Source of the DNA: an uncultured Planctomycetaceae bacterium
GTDB lineage: Bacteria; Planctomycetota; Planctomycetia; Planctomycetales; Planctomycetaceae
Direction of reading: 5' to 3'
NCBI GenBank assembly: GCA_963813715.1
Contig: CAWFAK010000005.1
Span: forward strand, 1,056,001 to 1,120,000
Length of the DNA stretch: 64,000 bases
Below are positions 39,646-50,053 of this stretch, piece by piece (within the stretch, counting starts at the first letter, position 1; every line of letters begins with the position of its first letter). A program made the position numbers and the translations under genes. The notes under the pieces were generated by a model. It ran no database searches. It saw only the letters and a list, made by a program, of their open reading frames with translations, and had not been told where the DNA came from.

Positions 39646-41132
39646 ATGAGCGACGCGACCTCCGCCAGCCCCGATCCGCACAAGCCGGATCGCTTTGAGC
39701 AGGAACGTCTCAAGAAGCTTGAGGCGATCGAGGCCCTCGGTCTCGATCCGTGGGGCCATCGTTTCGACGGGCATATCGCGATTGCCGAAGCCCGTGCGAA
39801 GGCGCCGACCGAGTCGGGTGTCACCGGTGAAGCCGTCCGCGTCGCGGGGCGGCTCATGCTCCGCAACAACAAGGGCAAGCTCAAGTTCTATCACCTGCAG
39901 GACGCCACTGGCCGCATTCAGTTGATGGTCTCCAAGGCCGACGTCTCGGAGACGCAATGGAAGCTGATCGAGAACCTCGACCTGGCGGACATCGTCGGCG
40001 TTGACGGCACGCTGCGCCTGACCAACACGGGTGAAGTCACCGTCTTCGTCCAAGAGCTGACGATTTTGGGCAAGTCGCTGGCGCAGCCGCCGGAGAAGTT
40101 CCACGGCGCCGCGCGACACCGAGATGCTGCTGCGGCAGCGCTATCTCGATCTGATCTATAGCGAGGGCGTCCTGCCGCGGATGCTCAAGCGGACCAAGAT
40201 CCTCGAATCGGTCCGCGACACGCTGCGAGCGCACAAATACCTCGAGGTCGAGACGCCCGTGCTGCAGGCGATTGCCGGCGGCGCGGCGGCCCGGCCCTTC
40301 GTCACGCACCACAACGCGCTCGATATTCCGCTTTATCTGCGGATTGCGCTCGAGCTGTATCTCAAGCGGCTGATGGTGGGCGGCATCGAGCGGGTCTTCG
40401 AGATCGGCCGCGTGTTCCGCAACGAAGGCGTCGACAGCACGCACAATCCCGAATTCACGATGCTGGAGCTGTACCAGGCCTACGGCAACTACGAGACGAT
40501 GATGGACCTGACGGAGGCCATCGTCGTCAACGCCGTGCGGGCCGTCAGCGAAACGTCGACGATTCCGTGGCGCGGCGTCACGGTCGATTTTGCCTCTCCC
40601 TGGCCGCGAAGAAAATACGCCGAGCTGTTCGAACAGTACGCCGGCTGCTCGATGCGCGACGCGGAGGCGGTCGCCGCGATCGCCCGCAAGCACGGCTTCG
40701 AGACGAACGGCGTGCATCCGGACGTGGTGATTCAAGAGGTCTTCGAGACGCTGGTCGAGCCACACCTCGAAGGGCCGGTGTTCGTCATCGATTACCCGGC
40801 CTCGCTCTGCCCGCTCACCAAGCGGAAGGCGGACGATCCGAACATTGCCGAGCGGTTCGAGCTCTACGTGCGGGGCATGGAGCTGGCCAACGCCTACACC
40901 GAACTCAACGATCCGCGGCTGCAGGAACAGCTCTTCAGCACGCAATTGGCCGGCTTGCCGCCGGAAGAGTCGATGGCCCGCATGGATCACGATTTCATTC
41001 GAGCGCTCAAGGTCGGCATGCCCGCGGCCGGCGGCATGGGCCTCGGGCATCGACCGGCTGGTGATGTTGTTGACTGACAGTTACAGCATCCGCGACGTGA
41101 TCTTTTTCCCGCTGTTGAAGCCGGAGACCTGA
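39646..41132 (+). CDS. lysS: Lysine--tRNA ligase (class II); two apparent frameshifts
   Basis: OB-fold, [28 protein letters not shown]...[25 protein letters not shown]...IRDVI. Confidence 0.96.
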
Positions 41133-41246
41133 CGTCCGAAGGAGACGCGGCGCCTCATCGAGGAGGCGCCTGGGGGCCGGCGGACCCGGTTCGGCCCCGC
41201 GACCGAGTAAAACGGATTTGACCTCGACAAGCCAAAGGACTGGCGA

Positions 41247-42959
41247 ATGTACAAGGCCTTTCTCTCCCTGCGGTATCTGCGGACCCGCTACATCGCGATG
41301 GCGTCGATCGTCAGCGTGATGTTGGGCGTGGCGACGATGATCGTCGTCAACAGCGTCATGAAGGGGTTCACCTCCGAGATGCGGGGCCGCATCCAGGGGC
41401 TCTTGTCCGACATCGTCATCGAGACCAATTCGCTCGACGGACAACGCGACGCCCAGGAGCAGTTCGAGCTGCGCTCGCAAAGTCTGCGGCGACAAAATCG
41501 CCGGCATGACGGCCACCGTCGAGGTTTGGGGCCTGGTCACGTTCAATTTTGGCGGCCAGTGGACGACGCGGCCGATCACGCTGATCGGCATTCAGCCGGA
41601 CGAAAAAGCCACCGTCGGCCCGCTGGTTCAGTATCTCGAGAGTTATCACACGGTCAAAGACGGCAAGAAAGCCATTCGGCAGCCGCTCCGCACGGATGAT
41701 GAACGGCCCGGTTGGGACCTCACCGCCGAGGCTAAGGGCTGGCGACACGAAGTGAATCAGCGGCGCAAATGGATCGAAGAGCGGCTCGACGCGCCGCGCG
41801 AGTCGCCCAGTGAGGGCGACGAGCACGGCTCCCACCTGGCCAACGTCAGCCACAGCCAACCCGCCGGACAAAAAACGCCGGCTGGCAACGGCGTCGCGCA
41901 GGCGGGTCCGCATTTTCCCGCGCCCAACACGCAGTCACCAAACACCGCGCCTTCGCCCCCCGCCGGAGCGCCAAGCCGCTGCCCAACGCACAGGCCAGCG
42001 ATGATCCGTTCAGCAAAGACGCGACTCCGGTGCCGACACCGCCGCAAAAGCCCGCCAACGACGACGAGCCGCAAGTCGCGCGCATCTATATCGGGGCGGG
42101 ATTGGTCCGCTTCCCCTACGAAGATCCGAAGACCGGCGAGCGGCGGATGATCGAAATGGTTCGTCCCGGAGAGGACGTGACGATCAGCACGGTGAGCGCG
42201 GGCCGTCCGCCCAAGCGCGAAGACTTTGCGGCCACCGTCGTCGACATCTTCAAGTGCGGGATGAGCGAATACGACTCGAACCTGGTCTTCTGCAATCTCG
42301 ACGAACTGCAGAAGGTTCGCGGCATGATTGAACCCGATCACCCCAACGATCCGCATGGTCGGAGCGTGACATCGATCCAGATCAAGCTCAAGGACTTTGC
42401 CGACGCGCCGGAGGTCATCGAGCGATTGCAGGCCGTCTTCTCGCCAGGCCTCTACACCATCAAAACCTGGGAGCAGAAGCAGGGGCCGCTGTTGGCCGCC
42501 GTCGAGATCGAGACGGGCATCTTGAACGTGCTCTTGTTCTTGATCATCGCGGTCGCCGGCTTCGGCATTCTGGCGATCTTTTACATGATTGTCGTCGAAA
42601 AGACGCGGGACATCGGCATCTTGAAGGCGCTCGGCGCCAGCTCTAGCGGCGTCCTGAGCATCTTCCTGTCGTATGGCCTGGCGCTGGGAGTCGTCGGCAG
42701 CGGCGTGGGCGTGGCGCTGGGACTGTTCTTCGTCCGCTATATCAACGAGCTCGAAGCGATACTGACTGCCGTGACGGGCCGCAAGGTCTTTGACGACAAG
42801 GTCTATTACTTCCCCGAGATTCCTACGAGTGTGCAGCCGGGAATGGTCTTTTGGGTGACGTGCGGAGCGATTGCGATTGCCGTGATGGCCAGCGTGTTGC
42901 CGGCGCGTCGCGCGGCCCGTTTGCGCCCGTGGAAGCCCTGCGCTACGAATGATGCTTGA
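41247..42959 (+). CDS. LolC/LolE-like ABC transporter permease; frameshifts
   Basis: SLRYLRTR, VMLGVATMIVVNSVMKGF, VVEKTRDIGILKALGAS, PARRAARL. Confidence 0.85.
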
Positions 42960-43042
42960 AGGAGGGAACGCCATGACGAAGATGATTTCCCGCGTCGTGT
43001 CCGCACCGGCACTGGTGCCGGTGCGCCAACTCACCCACGAGC

Positions 43043-43762
43043 GTGCCTTGTGCCACCGGTCCGCACATCTCGGCCGTCGCCGTCGAAAAGGCGTACCGCA
43101 AGGGCCAGCATAAAGTCTCGGTTCTGCGGGGCGTGAACATCAACGTGCGGCGGGGCGAGTTCCTGTCGATCATCGGGCAGTCGGGCTCGGGCAAGAGCAC
43201 GCTCTTGCATCTGCTCGGGCTGCTCGACTGTCCGGACATCGGCGAGGTGCTGCTGGAAGGCCAGCGGATGGACGACCTGCCCGTGCGGACGCGCGACCAG
43301 CTGCGGAATCGGGTCTTCGGCTTCATCTTCCAGTTCTATCACCTGCTGCCGGAGTTGAGCCTGCTGGAAAACGTGCTCGCTCCGCTGATGATCCGCTACT
43401 CGGCGTGGGAATTCTGGAAGCGCCGCCGCGAGTTTCGCGATCGGGCCTCCGAGATCATCCACCTGGTCGGCCTGGAGCATCGCTTGAAGCACAAGCCGTC
43501 GGAACTCTCGGGCGGCGAGATGCAGCGGGCGGCCATCGCCCGGGCGCTGGTGGCCCGGCCGGAAATCCTGCTGGCCGACGAGCCGACCGGCAACCTCGAC
43601 TCGCGCACGGGCCAGGAGATCACCGAGCTGTTGGCCCGGCTCAACGAGCTGGAGCAGCTGACGATCTTGATGGTCACCCACGACGATGCCATCGCCCAGC
43701 AGGCCCATCGCATCGTCCGTCTGAAAGAGGGCCAGATCGAAGCCGTCGCCGCGGCGGCGTAG
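43043..43762 (+). CDS. lolD: LolD-like ABC transporter ATP-binding protein
   Basis: GQSGSGKST, FQFYHLLPE, LSGGE, ADEPTGNLD, VTHD. Confidence 0.88.
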   Translation: MPCATGPHISAVAVEKAYRKGQHKVSVLRGVNINVRRGEFLSIIGQSGSGKSTLLHLLGLLDCPDIGEVLLEGQRMDDLPVRTRDQLRNRVFGFIFQFYHLLPELSLLENVLAPLMIRYSAWEFWKRRREFRDRASEIIHLVGLEHRLKHKPSELSGGEMQRAAIARALVARPEILLADEPTGNLDSRTGQEITELLARLNELEQLTILMVTHDDAIAQQAHRIVRLKEGQIEAVAAAA

Positions 43763-43804
43763 GCCAGACTTCGCCGTGTTCGAGGTCGCGGTCGCGACGA
43801 CCAG

Positions 43805-44453
43805 TTATGGTGCGATGTCGCTCGGGGCGGGCGGGCCTTCGTCGTGCGAGGAGGGCTGGTCTTGCGGGGCGCTCGCGTCTCGCTTGCGAAAGACGTAAAT
43901 CTCCATCGTGGAGATGGCGTAGCTTCTCTCGGGCGTCCACACGTCGGGCAATCGCAGTTCCGTCTCTTCCGGCGCCCGAAAATAGAGCAAAGCTCCCGGC
44001 TCGGTGACCGTGTCTCGCGCCAGCCGCACCAGCGCCAGATACATCGGCTTCTCGGGCGTCAGCTCAACGGCCAGGCGATAAGGCGGATCGAAGAAGACGG
44101 CGTCGAAGGGCAGGAACGGATCGACGCCTTTCGGATGATATGACGACCGCAGCGCGTCGGTCCGCCAGCAGAGAGTGCGATCTTCGACGCCCAGCGTGGC
44201 GACGTTTTGCGCGCAATAACTCGTGCGCCCGCCGGTCGGACTCGATGAACACGACGCTCTTCGCGCCGCGACTGAGCGCCTCGAGTCCCAGCGAGCCCGT
44301 GCCGGCAAAGATGTCGGCCACTTTCCGGTCGACCAGGTCTTCGCCGATTCGCTCAAACAGTGTCTCTTTGACGCGGTCGGTGATCGGACGCGTCGTCAGG
44401 CCCGGGCTGGCCAGCAGTTTACGACGACGAAATTCTCCGGCAATGATGCGCAC
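43805..44453 (-). CDS. rsmD: 16S rRNA m2G966 methyltransferase RsmD-like; frameshift near 44215
   Basis: MRIIAGEFRRRKL, RPITDRVKETLF, DIFAGTGSLGLEALSRGA, FFDPPY. Confidence 0.9.
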
Positions 44454-44473
44454 GGCGTCTCACTCGGCAGCGG

Positions 44474-45028
44474 TCATCCCTGCTCGCGCTGGGCCTTCAC
44501 CTTTTCCCAATGGCGGCGGATGATGTCGGCCGCTTCATCGGCCACGGAGCGGAACTGGCGCGGCGACGACTCGCGGTGCGGCGCCGGCGGCGGCACGGGC
44601 GTATCGAGCGCCGCGGGCCGCGGAATGATCGTGGTGTCACCGGGGGCCGATTCACCGCTGTCGCTGCTGCCGCTGATTCCCTCCTGCGAAAGCCACTCGG
44701 CAATCTCGTTGTCGGAGGCGCGGAGGTTGGTCGCGGGCGGCCCGGGAACCTGCAGCATGATCGGACCGATGCGAAGGATGTCGCCCGGCTTCAGCAGAGT
44801 TTCGTCTTCCATCAGGGATTCGTTGAGAAACGTCCCGTTACGGCTATCCAGATCGCGGGCGAGGATCCCCTCGGGTGTCGGCTTGAGGACGCAGTGATGG
44901 CGGCTCACTTCGCTGGAGGCGAGCCGAATCTGGCAGGTCTCGTCGCGGCCGATCAGCACCTCGCCTTCGTCGGGCAGGCGCAGCCGCTTGCCCTGATGTT
45001 TTCCCGATTGCACGATCAACTCGATCAT
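44474..45028 (-). CDS. FHA domain protein
   Basis: IGR...VSRHHC...DLDSRNGTFLN. Confidence 0.9.
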   Translation of the reverse strand: MIELIVQSGKHQGKRLRLPDEGEVLIGRDETCQIRLASSEVSRHHCVLKPTPEGILARDLDSRNGTFLNESLMEDETLLKPGDILRIGPIMLQVPGPPATNLRASDNEIAEWLSQEGISGSSDSGESAPGDTTIIPRPAALDTPVPPPAPHRESSPRQFRSVADEAADIIRRHWEKVKAQREQG

Positions 45029-45139
45029 CGTCCGGTCCCTCTCCTCTGCCTGCGATCGTCGCTCCCTGACGTGGCCCGACTCGGCGATCCTTCCTCTCGC
45101 GACGGCCGTCTGGGCCGAACAAAACCGTCTCGAAACTTC

Positions 45140-45697
45140 TCACACGCGATGCGGCACCGTCACGGGTTCACCGCACTCCGGGCAGCTCAAGGTCTTGCCC
45201 CGATGGATCGGGCTGACCTTGAATCGCTTGCCGCACCGGCAGGAGAACCGGATCCTCTTCTCGTCCTTTCCCTGGTCGTTGTGCGTCTTCTCCCAATTCC
45301 GCAGCGCAATGCCCTGAATCTGGCGAAGAAGCTCCTCGGGATCGAAGGGCTTGGTCAAATAGCCGTCGCCGCCGACGCGCTCCGCCAGCACTCGCGCCTC
45401 GGGCATGTCGACGGCCGTCAGTACGAGAACCGGAACCGTCGAGTTGGCTTGCTTGAGCCGCTGGCAAACCTCGAAGCCGCTCTCGCCCGGCAGAATCAGG
45501 TCCAAGATGACAAAGTCGGGCTTGCGCATGACGAACGTAGCTTGGGCCTGCCCGCCGTCACGAGCTACGGTGACGCGGTATTTGTGCTTTTCCAGCAGCT
45601 CCTTGAGAAATGTCGCCTCGTCCTCATCATCCTCAACGACGAGGATGAAATTGGCGATGGACGCCAACGGAGTCAGCCGGGCAACTTCGTCAATCAT
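45140..45697 (-). CDS. Response regulator with C-terminal Zn ribbon
   Basis: VVEDD, ILDLILP, TKPF; tail FSCRCGKRFKV...CPECG. Confidence 0.88.
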   Translation of the reverse strand: MIDEVARLTPLASIANFILVVEDDEDEATFLKELLEKHKYRVTVARDGGQAQATFVMRKPDFVILDLILPGESGFEVCQRLKQANSTVPVLVLTAVDMPEARVLAERVGGDGYLTKPFDPEELLRQIQGIALRNWEKTHNDQGKDEKRIRFSCRCGKRFKVSPIHRGKTLSCPECGEPVTVPHRV

Positions 45698-46029
45698 GCC
45701 GTTGACCCGTTGAAACGCCCCCCAGAACGACGCTTCGAAGTAATCGCGCACCCTTATGGATAACCAAAACTCCCTGACGACGCAAATAGTTAGAGAGCCC
45801 GCAGCCCCCGGAGATCGCTTGCTTGCGGCGACCCGACTCGGCCCGAATCAAGTCGACTCGACCACCCGCGCGAGGCGACTTCCAGCATCGTGGATCGTCG
45901 ACCACAGGGTCGCCAAATTCGTGGTCAACACGCGCCCGGAGAGCGAAATCGTACGGCGGGCGCAGCAGCGCGACGGGGGGCCGATGCAAAAAAACCTGAA
46001 AAAATAGGGGAAAAGCGTGCGCGCCTTGG

Positions 46030-46058
46030 TTGACAACCGTTTTCCGCGAGAGTTTACT
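46030..46058 (+). promoter_or_regulatory. sigma70-type promoter of HU gene
   Basis: TTGACA, 17-bp spacer, TTTACT. Confidence 0.55.
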
Positions 46059-46131
46059 ACGCGAAAACTTTTGTGGAGCGCTCGCAAGGGTTCGGCGTTC
46101 CGGCGACTTTCAAGAATGGCAGGAGTGCACG

Positions 46132-46455
46132 ATGGCAACGAAGAGCGGTGCAAAGCCGATGTCGAAGAGCGAGGTTCTGAACACGCTGGCGCAGGAGAGC
46201 GGGCTCTCGCGAAAGCAGGTGGCCAGCGTGCTCGACGGCCTCTCGGGCCTGATCAGCAAGAACGTGGGTAAGAAGGGCCCCGGCGTCTTCGCAGTCCCCG
46301 GACTGATGAAGATCACCGTGCAGCACAAGCCTGCCACTAAGCCGCGCAAGGGCATCAATCCGTTTACCGGTCAGGAAATGATGTTCAAGGCCAAGCCCGC
46401 GCGGAATGTCGTCCGCATTCGCCCCCTCAAGTCCCTCAAGGACATGGTGAAGTAG
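46132..46455 (+). CDS. HU family DNA-binding protein
   Basis: MSKSEVL..LAQESGLSRKQV, PGLMKI, RKGINPFTG, KPA..VRIRPLKSLKD; AGGAG RBS. Confidence 0.92.
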   Translation: MATKSGAKPMSKSEVLNTLAQESGLSRKQVASVLDGLSGLISKNVGKKGPGVFAVPGLMKITVQHKPATKPRKGINPFTGQEMMFKAKPARNVVRIRPLKSLKDMVK

Positions 46456-46461
46456 CGGCTG

Positions 46462-46481
46462 GCCGATTCGAATCGGCTCTT
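46462..46481 (+). terminator. Possible intrinsic terminator after HU gene
   Basis: GCCGAT-TCGA-ATCGGC followed by TCTT (short T tail). Confidence 0.4.
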
Positions 46482-47017
46482 GTGAAAGCGCGCATCTCTC
46501 GACGCTGGAGCTCGGCGGGTACTGTCTGCACCCGGTTCTCACTGGGGTTAGACAAACCGTTGGGTGAGACAAAACCGAGTGTCGAACTGATCATTCCAGA
46601 TTCCGTCCCGTGGCGGCTGGCGAAAGGGGGAAAGTGCCTTTCGCCGCCGGTCCGCCCGTAGGGCTGGATTCGGTCGGCAAACGGCGCCAATGGGGTGCTG
46701 TGCAACGTCCATCGGCGAGCACTCTTTCCGCGCGCAAGCGGGGCAGAGATTGTCTGTGCGCCCCCGGGTCCGGGTCCCCAAGAGGGGCGTTGGTTAGAGC
46801 CTGTCTAGGTGGCGACAATCGCTTGGTTTTCGCTCGGCAGGCAGTTGCTGCGGTTGCCTCGAGCGGTCGCTCGCCGACCAGCCCGGTTTTTGTCGCACAA
46901 TAAGTCGCTTTGCCCTATGGGTTTAAGGGGGAGGATTCGCCCCTCGCTCGAGCAGCATCCGCCTGCTCATGGCGACGAAAGTCATTAGCCCGCAATGCAC
47001 TTCTCATTTCCGATTGC

Positions 47018-47047
47018 TTGATTTCGCCGCGCGGCGGGGCATACAAT
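47018..47047 (+). promoter_or_regulatory. Probable csrA promoter
   Basis: TTGATT, 18-bp spacer, TACAAT, about 150 bp upstream of the ATG. Confidence 0.5.
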
Positions 47048-47196
47048 CCCGGTACCGCGAGAGAGCGCCTGAACGTTTTGGAGCCTTGGGCTCGTGGAGG
47101 GTGCTCCCGCCGGCAGGATTGGCGGTGCGCAATCGTTTATGCGAGGAAGGGTCCTCGCGGCACGACACCGGCAACACCTGGGGAGAGCTGCGTGTC

Positions 47197-47409
47197 ATGC
47201 TGGTCCTGTCGCGCAAGAAAAACGAGAGCATCGTAATCGACGAGCACATCGTCATTACGATCGTCGAGATCCGTGGTGACAAAGTCCGCCTGGGGATCGA
47301 AGCACCGAAGGAAGTCCCGGTTCACCGCGCCGAAGTTCACGCGGCGATCCACGCGGAACAGAACTCGGGGAAGCAGGATCCTCCCAAAGTGGCGAGCACG
47401 GAAGGCTAA
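47197..47409 (+). CDS. csrA: Carbon storage regulator CsrA
   Basis: MLVLSRKKNESIVI...KVRLGIEAPKEVPVHRAEV. Confidence 0.96.
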   Translation: MLVLSRKKNESIVIDEHIVITIVEIRGDKVRLGIEAPKEVPVHRAEVHAAIHAEQNSGKQDPPKVASTEG

Positions 47410-47618
47410 CCACCCGGCGTCCTCGTTTGACGGAAGTGGTTCGTCCGGATCAATTAGCGGGCTAAGCATCGAGGTGCTTGGCCCGTTTTCGTTTCCGCGT
47501 CCGGTCGCCACAAAGGAATGGTCAGCGACTGTTGGCGATTCAATCCGCGAGACGTGCCCGTTTCGGTCCCCCCCTTCCTTCCACCTAACTTTGCCAGTGC
47601 CCTTTCCCTTCGAGCCGG

Positions 47619-47646
47619 TTGACAAACAGGACTCAGCCCGTAAATT
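47619..47646 (+). promoter_or_regulatory. tRNA promoter
   Basis: TTGACA, 16-bp spacer, TAAATT, followed by a GC-rich discriminator. Confidence 0.6.
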
Positions 47647-47661
47647 GTGGGGCGGCCACAC

Positions 47662-47736
47662 GGCCCCATCGTCTAGCCCGGTCTAGGACATCGGATTTTC
47701 GATCCGATAACGGGGGTTCAAATCCCCCTGGGGTCA
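47662..47736 (+). tRNA. tRNA-Glu (TTC), CCA not encoded
   Basis: Acceptor GGCCCCA/TGGGGTC, anticodon stem TCGGA-TTTTCGA-TCCGA, T-loop GGTTCAAATCC. Confidence 0.95.
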
Positions 47737-47802
47737 TTTCGCCGATTCAAGTCGGCCATTACGCGCTTGCCGCACGAGGCGCCTCACGGAGGATCGGACC
47801 GT

Positions 47803-48072
47803 ATGGACACTGCCGAATGCTGGCGCACGCTTTTCGAGAATTGGCCCGAGTCGATCCCCCGCGAAGGCATGCTGGTCACCACGTTCAACGAGCACGTCCC
47901 GTTTAATGGCTTTCTGATCTCCGGCGGCATACTCTTAGTCGAGCGCGACAAGCCCGACACCTACGGATCCCGCAAAGTGATGGTGTCCTACTCCGCGATC
48001 CTGGCGGTGAAGCTCACGTCCACGATGGAGATTGGACGGTTCCAGGTGATGGGCTTTCAAGCCCCGTTCTGA
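47803..48072 (+). CDS. Small hypothetical protein (89 aa)
   Basis: GGAGG upstream, host-like codon usage, globular composition. Confidence 0.7.
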   Translation: MDTAECWRTLFENWPESIPREGMLVTTFNEHVPFNGFLISGGILLVERDKPDTYGSRKVMVSYSAILAVKLTSTMEIGRFQVMGFQAPF

Positions 48073-48122
48073 CGTCCGGCCGACAACAGTCGCCCCCGCG
48101 CACCAAGTGCCACGCCCGCCGT

Positions 48123-49059
48123 TCAGGTGATGAAGATCCAGCGGCCAAGCGTCGCCGCCGGAACAAAGAGCGCCGCGACTGCCAGCGCCAATAGCGGGTC
48201 GCCCGTTCTTGCAGCCGACCATCGTCGCGTCGAGGAGCACGATCGCCAGGAGCAGCTGCTTGACCGCCGCTTGCACATTTCGAGGCGTCGGTTCGCGAAC
48301 TGCGGAAACGAGCCGAGTATCGATCCACGCGGTCACGAGCGCCAGTGTGGCCAAGGCCGTCCAGCGACTGGCGGACGCCGCTTCTGGCATTTCGATCGCA
48401 ATGAGGGCCAATCCCGCAATCGCCGCGTGGCAAGTCGCGGCGGCCGCAGCGAGCTGGGTCCGCGAGCTCTGAGCCGCCTCCTGCCGAGCAAACCACGTGA
48501 CGCCTGCGACGTAAGTGCCCATTGCCAGGGCAACGAAGAGTTGAGGCAGGTCCCAAATGTGCGTGCCCGCGGCGCTCGCGCCCAACATGACATTGAAGAA
48601 TCGGCATGCCCCCATGGCGATCGGGCCCATCGCGATGGGGCCGAGCGACAGGTGCTTGAGGAAGCGGTCGTAAGCCAGGATCAATCCGACGAGCACGAGC
48701 GCGATCGCCACGGACGGCAGACTCACAAGTGCGGCACAGAGCGGACCCACAATCATCAGGCCGCAGCCGAGCGTGGCTGCCGCGGGGGTGGAGATGCGGC
48801 CGGAGGGGATCGGCCGTCCCGGTCGTTCGCGGGCGTCGATGTGCCGATCGAAGAGATCGTTGAGCACCATACCCGCCAGGTAGAGGCCGCTTGACGCGAG
48901 CGCCAGCAGCACGAACTGGTCGGGCGGAGCCAGCGTTTCGTGCGTCAGCAGAAACCCAAGAAAAATATCTGCGAGCGCCGTGAAAACGGCGGGGAACCGC
49001 ATCAGTTGCAAATAGGCCCGCACGCGGTCGGCTCGGCCGGCAGGTCGTTCGTTCGCCAT
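48123..49059 (-). CDS. UbiA family prenyltransferase (EboC/SCO3242-like); frameshift near 3' end
   Basis: LYLAGMVLNDLFDRHIDARERPGRPIPSGR, MGACRFFNVMLG. Confidence 0.88.
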
Positions 49060-49069
49060 GCGGCCGACT

Positions 49070-50053
49070 CTAGCAGGATTCGGCGGAAACGCGATCGACC
49101 CATTCCCGCAAGAGCCTCACCTGACTCGGAGTGTCGACAGGGACATCACCCATCGGCCGCTCGAAGAAACAGGCCAGCGGCGCCAGCAGCCCCGCTTGTC
49201 CCCGTCGCTGCTCGCGCTCGCACAAGCGCGACAAGTCGAGCAACGCCCGAGCGGCCCGCAGCAGATCGCGACGCGGGCCGTCTTCGGCGGGTGCCGGACT
49301 GTTCAGCAATCCGATGGCAGCGAGGTCGGTGCGCCCGTCGCGACCCATGTGCAGCGACCCGGTCTGGAGGGCCAGCTCCTTGAGCGCCGGGATGTCGGAC
49401 CCGAACGACGGCGTGAAGTTCAGATACGAACAGCCCGATTGCAGCGCCGCCGCCGCATAGAGCACGCTCGCCGGCACCGGCGAACGATCGGCATGCTCGA
49501 GCAGTTGCAACAGTTCCTGAGCGGAGAGGCCGCGGGAGCCGGGGCTCGCGATCGGCTCGCTCGAAGCGACGTTGATCACGATGACGGCGTCGAGATGGGC
49601 CGTGGTCCGGAATTCGTCCAAGTCGACGGCAATCCGCCGCAGTGCAGTGGCCGGCCGCTCGCCGCGAGTTTTCAGCGTCGCAGCGCTTGCCAGGCTTTCG
49701 GCCTGCGGTCCGGCGTTGAGTAACGTGCCCGTGCGGACGTTGCGATCCCATGCTGCGAGTGACGGACTCACCGTGGTCAGCAGGTCGTCGGTGATGGAGC
49801 GGGCGCCCTCGAACAGGTTCCGCGCCTCGACCGCGGCGCTCGTTTTGCGAATCTCGTGTCCGCCGACCACGAAGCTCGTCCAGTCCGCCAGGGCGAGCGG
49901 AGCGAATTCCGGCTGCTCGGTGACAAGTCCGTCGGTGACAAATCGGTCGGGCGCGGTTGCTCGGCTCTGCAGGCCGGCCAAGACGACGGCGAGCGCCGTG
50001 CCGACGCGACCCCAGGCTCCGATCAGCCAAATCCCAATGTTGCGGCCGCTCAC
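49070..50053 (-). CDS. myo-inositol-1-phosphate synthase-like protein, internally shortened
   Basis: GIWLIGAWGRVGT, VVGGHEIR, VINVASSE, SVLYAAAA..GCSYLNFTPS, GRDGRT, LLDLSRL..LACFF. Confidence 0.75.
   Translation of the reverse strand: MSGRNIGIWLIGAWGRVGTALAVVLAGLQSRATAPDRFVTDGLVTEQPEFAPLALADWTSFVVGGHEIRKTSAAVEARNLFEGARSITDDLLTTVSPSLAAWDRNVRTGTLLNAGPQAESLASAATLKTRGERPATALRRIAVDLDEFRTTAHLDAVIVINVASSEPIASPGSRGLSAQELLQLLEHADRSPVPASVLYAAAALQSGCSYLNFTPSFGSDIPALKELALQTGSLHMGRDGRTDLAAIGLLNSPAPAEDGPRRDLLRAARALLDLSRLCEREQRRGQAGLLAPLACFFERPMGDVPVDTPSQVRLLREWVDRVSAESC

Noticed and set aside
47662..47736. tRNA-Glu as an integration site
   Set aside because: No integrase nearby and no duplicated tRNA 3' end seen in the window.
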